This document shows positions 61,740 to 64,000 of a stretch of DNA of 64,000 bases, in pieces. Numbering within the stretch: position 1 is the first letter of the stretch; every line of letters begins with the position of its first letter. Source of the stretch: Leucoraja ocellata (taxonomy: Eukaryota); contig JAWMAR010000026.1 of NCBI GenBank assembly GCA_036785375.1, forward strand, positions 248,001-312,000, read 5' to 3'. The position numbers were made by a program, and so were the translations under genes. Under the pieces are notes generated by a model that saw nothing but the letters and a program-made list of their open reading frames with translations, had not been told where the DNA came from and did not search any database.

Positions 61740-62429
61740 GGCCCTGATCTATGGTGAGGGGTTGGGCAGGCTACGACTTTAGTCCTTGCAGAACAGGAGT
61801 CTGAGGGGTGATCTTATAGAAATGTATCAAATCTTTAGTAGAACAGATAGGGTGAATGCACAGACTTTTACAGAGAGTTGGGGAATCGCCAGCACGAGGA
61901 TGCGGGGTTAAGGTGAGAGGGGACAGATTTAATGGAAACCTGAGGGCAATCTTTTTACTCGTGGTGTGGGTGCATGGGATGAGCTGCCAGGGGAGGTAGT
62001 TTAGGCAGACACTATCATATCACAACATTTAAAAGACACTTGGATAGATACATGGACAGAAAAGGTTTAGAGGAATTTGGGACAAGCTTGGGCAAATGGA
62101 CTGGTGTAGATGGGGCATCTTGGTCGGCATGGATTGGTTGGGCCGAAGGGCCTGGTTACATGTTGAGCGACTCTATGACTTGTTCTCTCTCATGATTGAT
62201 GTAATGGGATGGCAAGCATAACAAAACTTTTCACTGTACCTCAGTACATGTAACAATCATAAACATTAATGTCTGAACTTCTATCTTTTGGATAAGATGT
62301 TAGGAGCATGCATTCCCAGAAAGTAGTGTTCCACCAAATTCCTAGAGGAATGGTACCTACTGCCATATTGGTTCATAAATAATTATTATTGCAAAAGAAT
62401 TTTGGAGAAAATTCTTTCCCCTAGGGTAA

Positions 62430-62662
62430 AACAGTGGAGCAGCTCGTAGAGCACCTACCTCACAGCGCCAGGGACCCAGGTTCGATCCTGACCATGTGGA
62501 GTTTGCACGTCTTCCCTGTCACTGCATGGGTTCCTCCGGGTGCTCTGGATTTTTCCTACATCACAAAGACCTGCCAGTTTGCAGGTTAATTTGCCTCTGA
62601 AAATGCCCCCTGGTGTGTAGAAAGGGGATGAGAAAGTGGGATAACATAGAACAGGTGAGCAG
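62430..62662 (+). mobile_element. V-SINE
   Basis: CCCAGGTTCGATCCTG B box and core. Confidence 0.8.
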
Positions 62663-63699
62663 TGCTTGGCGGGTAGAAGGGTAAACCAGGATAATGACTC
62701 CCCACGCCTTCAAGGCAGCTGCAGGACATGCCCCCGAAACACAAAGATAGCAGGACGAGGAGAGGGACGTCAGTTCACGGGCCGATCTGGTCGATGGCGA
62801 TGGATGAAGACTGACCTGGATTGGGAACTGCTCTTCAACTTGGGAAATGGCGATAAATGGAATTTCACTGTGTAGTTGCACATCTGACAAGAAAAGCACC
62901 ATTGAGTATTGAGAATACTGAGGCCTCGCATATCTGGCACACAGAAGTCCCAGTGGTAGAAAGAGCCCATCACCTCACACTTTACTTATCCTCCTGCCCT
63001 TTTAGCCACCACTTGCCCCATCTGTAGAGTATGCGTTTCCCACATTGCCTTCATTGGCTGTCCTCTGGTACACGCATGGCAGAAGGGAAGGCAGGTCCTC
63101 CTCTAGTATAAGTGGTTGTTGCCAGTGGAACTGGATGCTTTCATAGCTTACAGATCTCTGAAGAAAATCCTTGGCTACAGATCAATGGAAAACATGGCAA
63201 CATGAACTTGCAGTCCCTCACCTATTTTAGGAGATATCTTTTATGAAAGGTTTTCCAAAAAAAGTATTATTTTAATGACTGCATACGTTCAAAAAGAGGT
63301 TGCGTTGTCCAATAAAATTTTTGAAATACAGCTACTGCATTGTGCATCTGTTCCACATCAGAAGCGCAAGCCAACATTCATGGTAATATATCGTGGCCAC
63401 ACACACAGCTGCAATTAGTTTAAATTATCCATCTTAATTTGTGCCGTAACAATAGCTGAGCGCCAGAGTATAATTCCAGCTGCTTTCTCTGCTGCAGAAC
63501 ATGGCTTACTGGAAATGTGTACGGAAAGCTGTTCATGTCTAATTCACTGTACACGATCAGTCAAACGTCGGCTGATATCCACACAGCATGTGACTAAAAT
63601 CATCTCCTTTTTTTTTTATACTTCATTATCAAACATTAAGTATGAATTGTGTTATGAGACAAGCATTTTGTTAAATGTTTAACTATTTAACAAATAGTT

Positions 63700-63995
63700 A
63701 GGGCGGCACGGTGCAGCAGAGGTAGAGTTGATGCTTCATAGCACCAGAGACCTGGGTTTTAATCCTGACCACGGGTGCTGTCTGTACGGAGTTTGTATAT
63801 TCTCCCTGTGACCTGTGTTGGTTTTCTCTCGGTGCTCTGGTTTATTCCGACACTCCAAAGACTCACAGGTTTGTAGGTTAATTGGTTTGGTAAAATTCTA
63901 AATTGTCCCTAGTGTGTGTCGGATAGTGTTAGTGTGCTGGTCGGCGTGGACTCCATGGGTCAAAGGACCTATTTCTGCGCTGTATAACTAAACTA
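63700..63995 (+). mobile_element. V-SINE
   Basis: GGGCGGCACGGTGCAGCAGAGGTAGAG head, core and tail. Confidence 0.85.
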
Positions 63996-64000
63996 TTCCA

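Larger units (their letters stand above)
61535..62180 (+). mobile_element. CR1 (HER1-like) 3' fragment hosting a short retroposon
   Basis: GCTGGAAAGGGTGCAGAGAAGGTTCATG...; continues after 61740 to the GGGCCGAAGGGCCTG tail. Confidence 0.85.

Noticed and set aside
63700-63780. tRNA gene (also other GGTTCGATCC-containing heads)
   Set aside because: These are V-SINE heads that continue into the V core and lack a full cloverleaf.

Overview
AT-rich eukaryotic non-coding DNA (intergenic or a very large intron). The repeat content (V-SINE/HE1-like SINEs, CR1 LINEs sharing their 3' tail, Rex1/Babar, Penelope-like pieces) points to a cartilaginous fish, probably a skate or ray; this is inference. I can support no host exon, rRNA, intact tRNA or CRISPR array. 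The only recognisable protein-coding sequence is retroelement-derived: a 5'-truncated, disrupted CR1 ORF2 (APE endonuclease + RT, about 33.5-36.5 kb), Rex1 C-terminal fragments and Penelope GIY-YIG C-terminal tails. The window also has four TIR elements (two Harbinger-type, two Tc1/pogo-type), a 234-bp solo LTR and a 931-bp minisatellite-bearing retroelement with a 20-bp TSD. The top finding is a 141-bp TSD-flanked retroposon (61599-61739) whose first 54 nt fold by hand into a minimal CPEB3-like HDV ribozyme starting exactly at the element's 5' boundary. Also notable: about 20 Penelope pLTR-derived pieces, many with minimal hammerhead cores (one an exact 38-bp triple tandem), and a 95-bp non-TE-looking inverted duplication 2.6 kb apart. 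Boundaries of old repeats are approximate (tens of bp); TIR/TSD coordinates were counted by hand.
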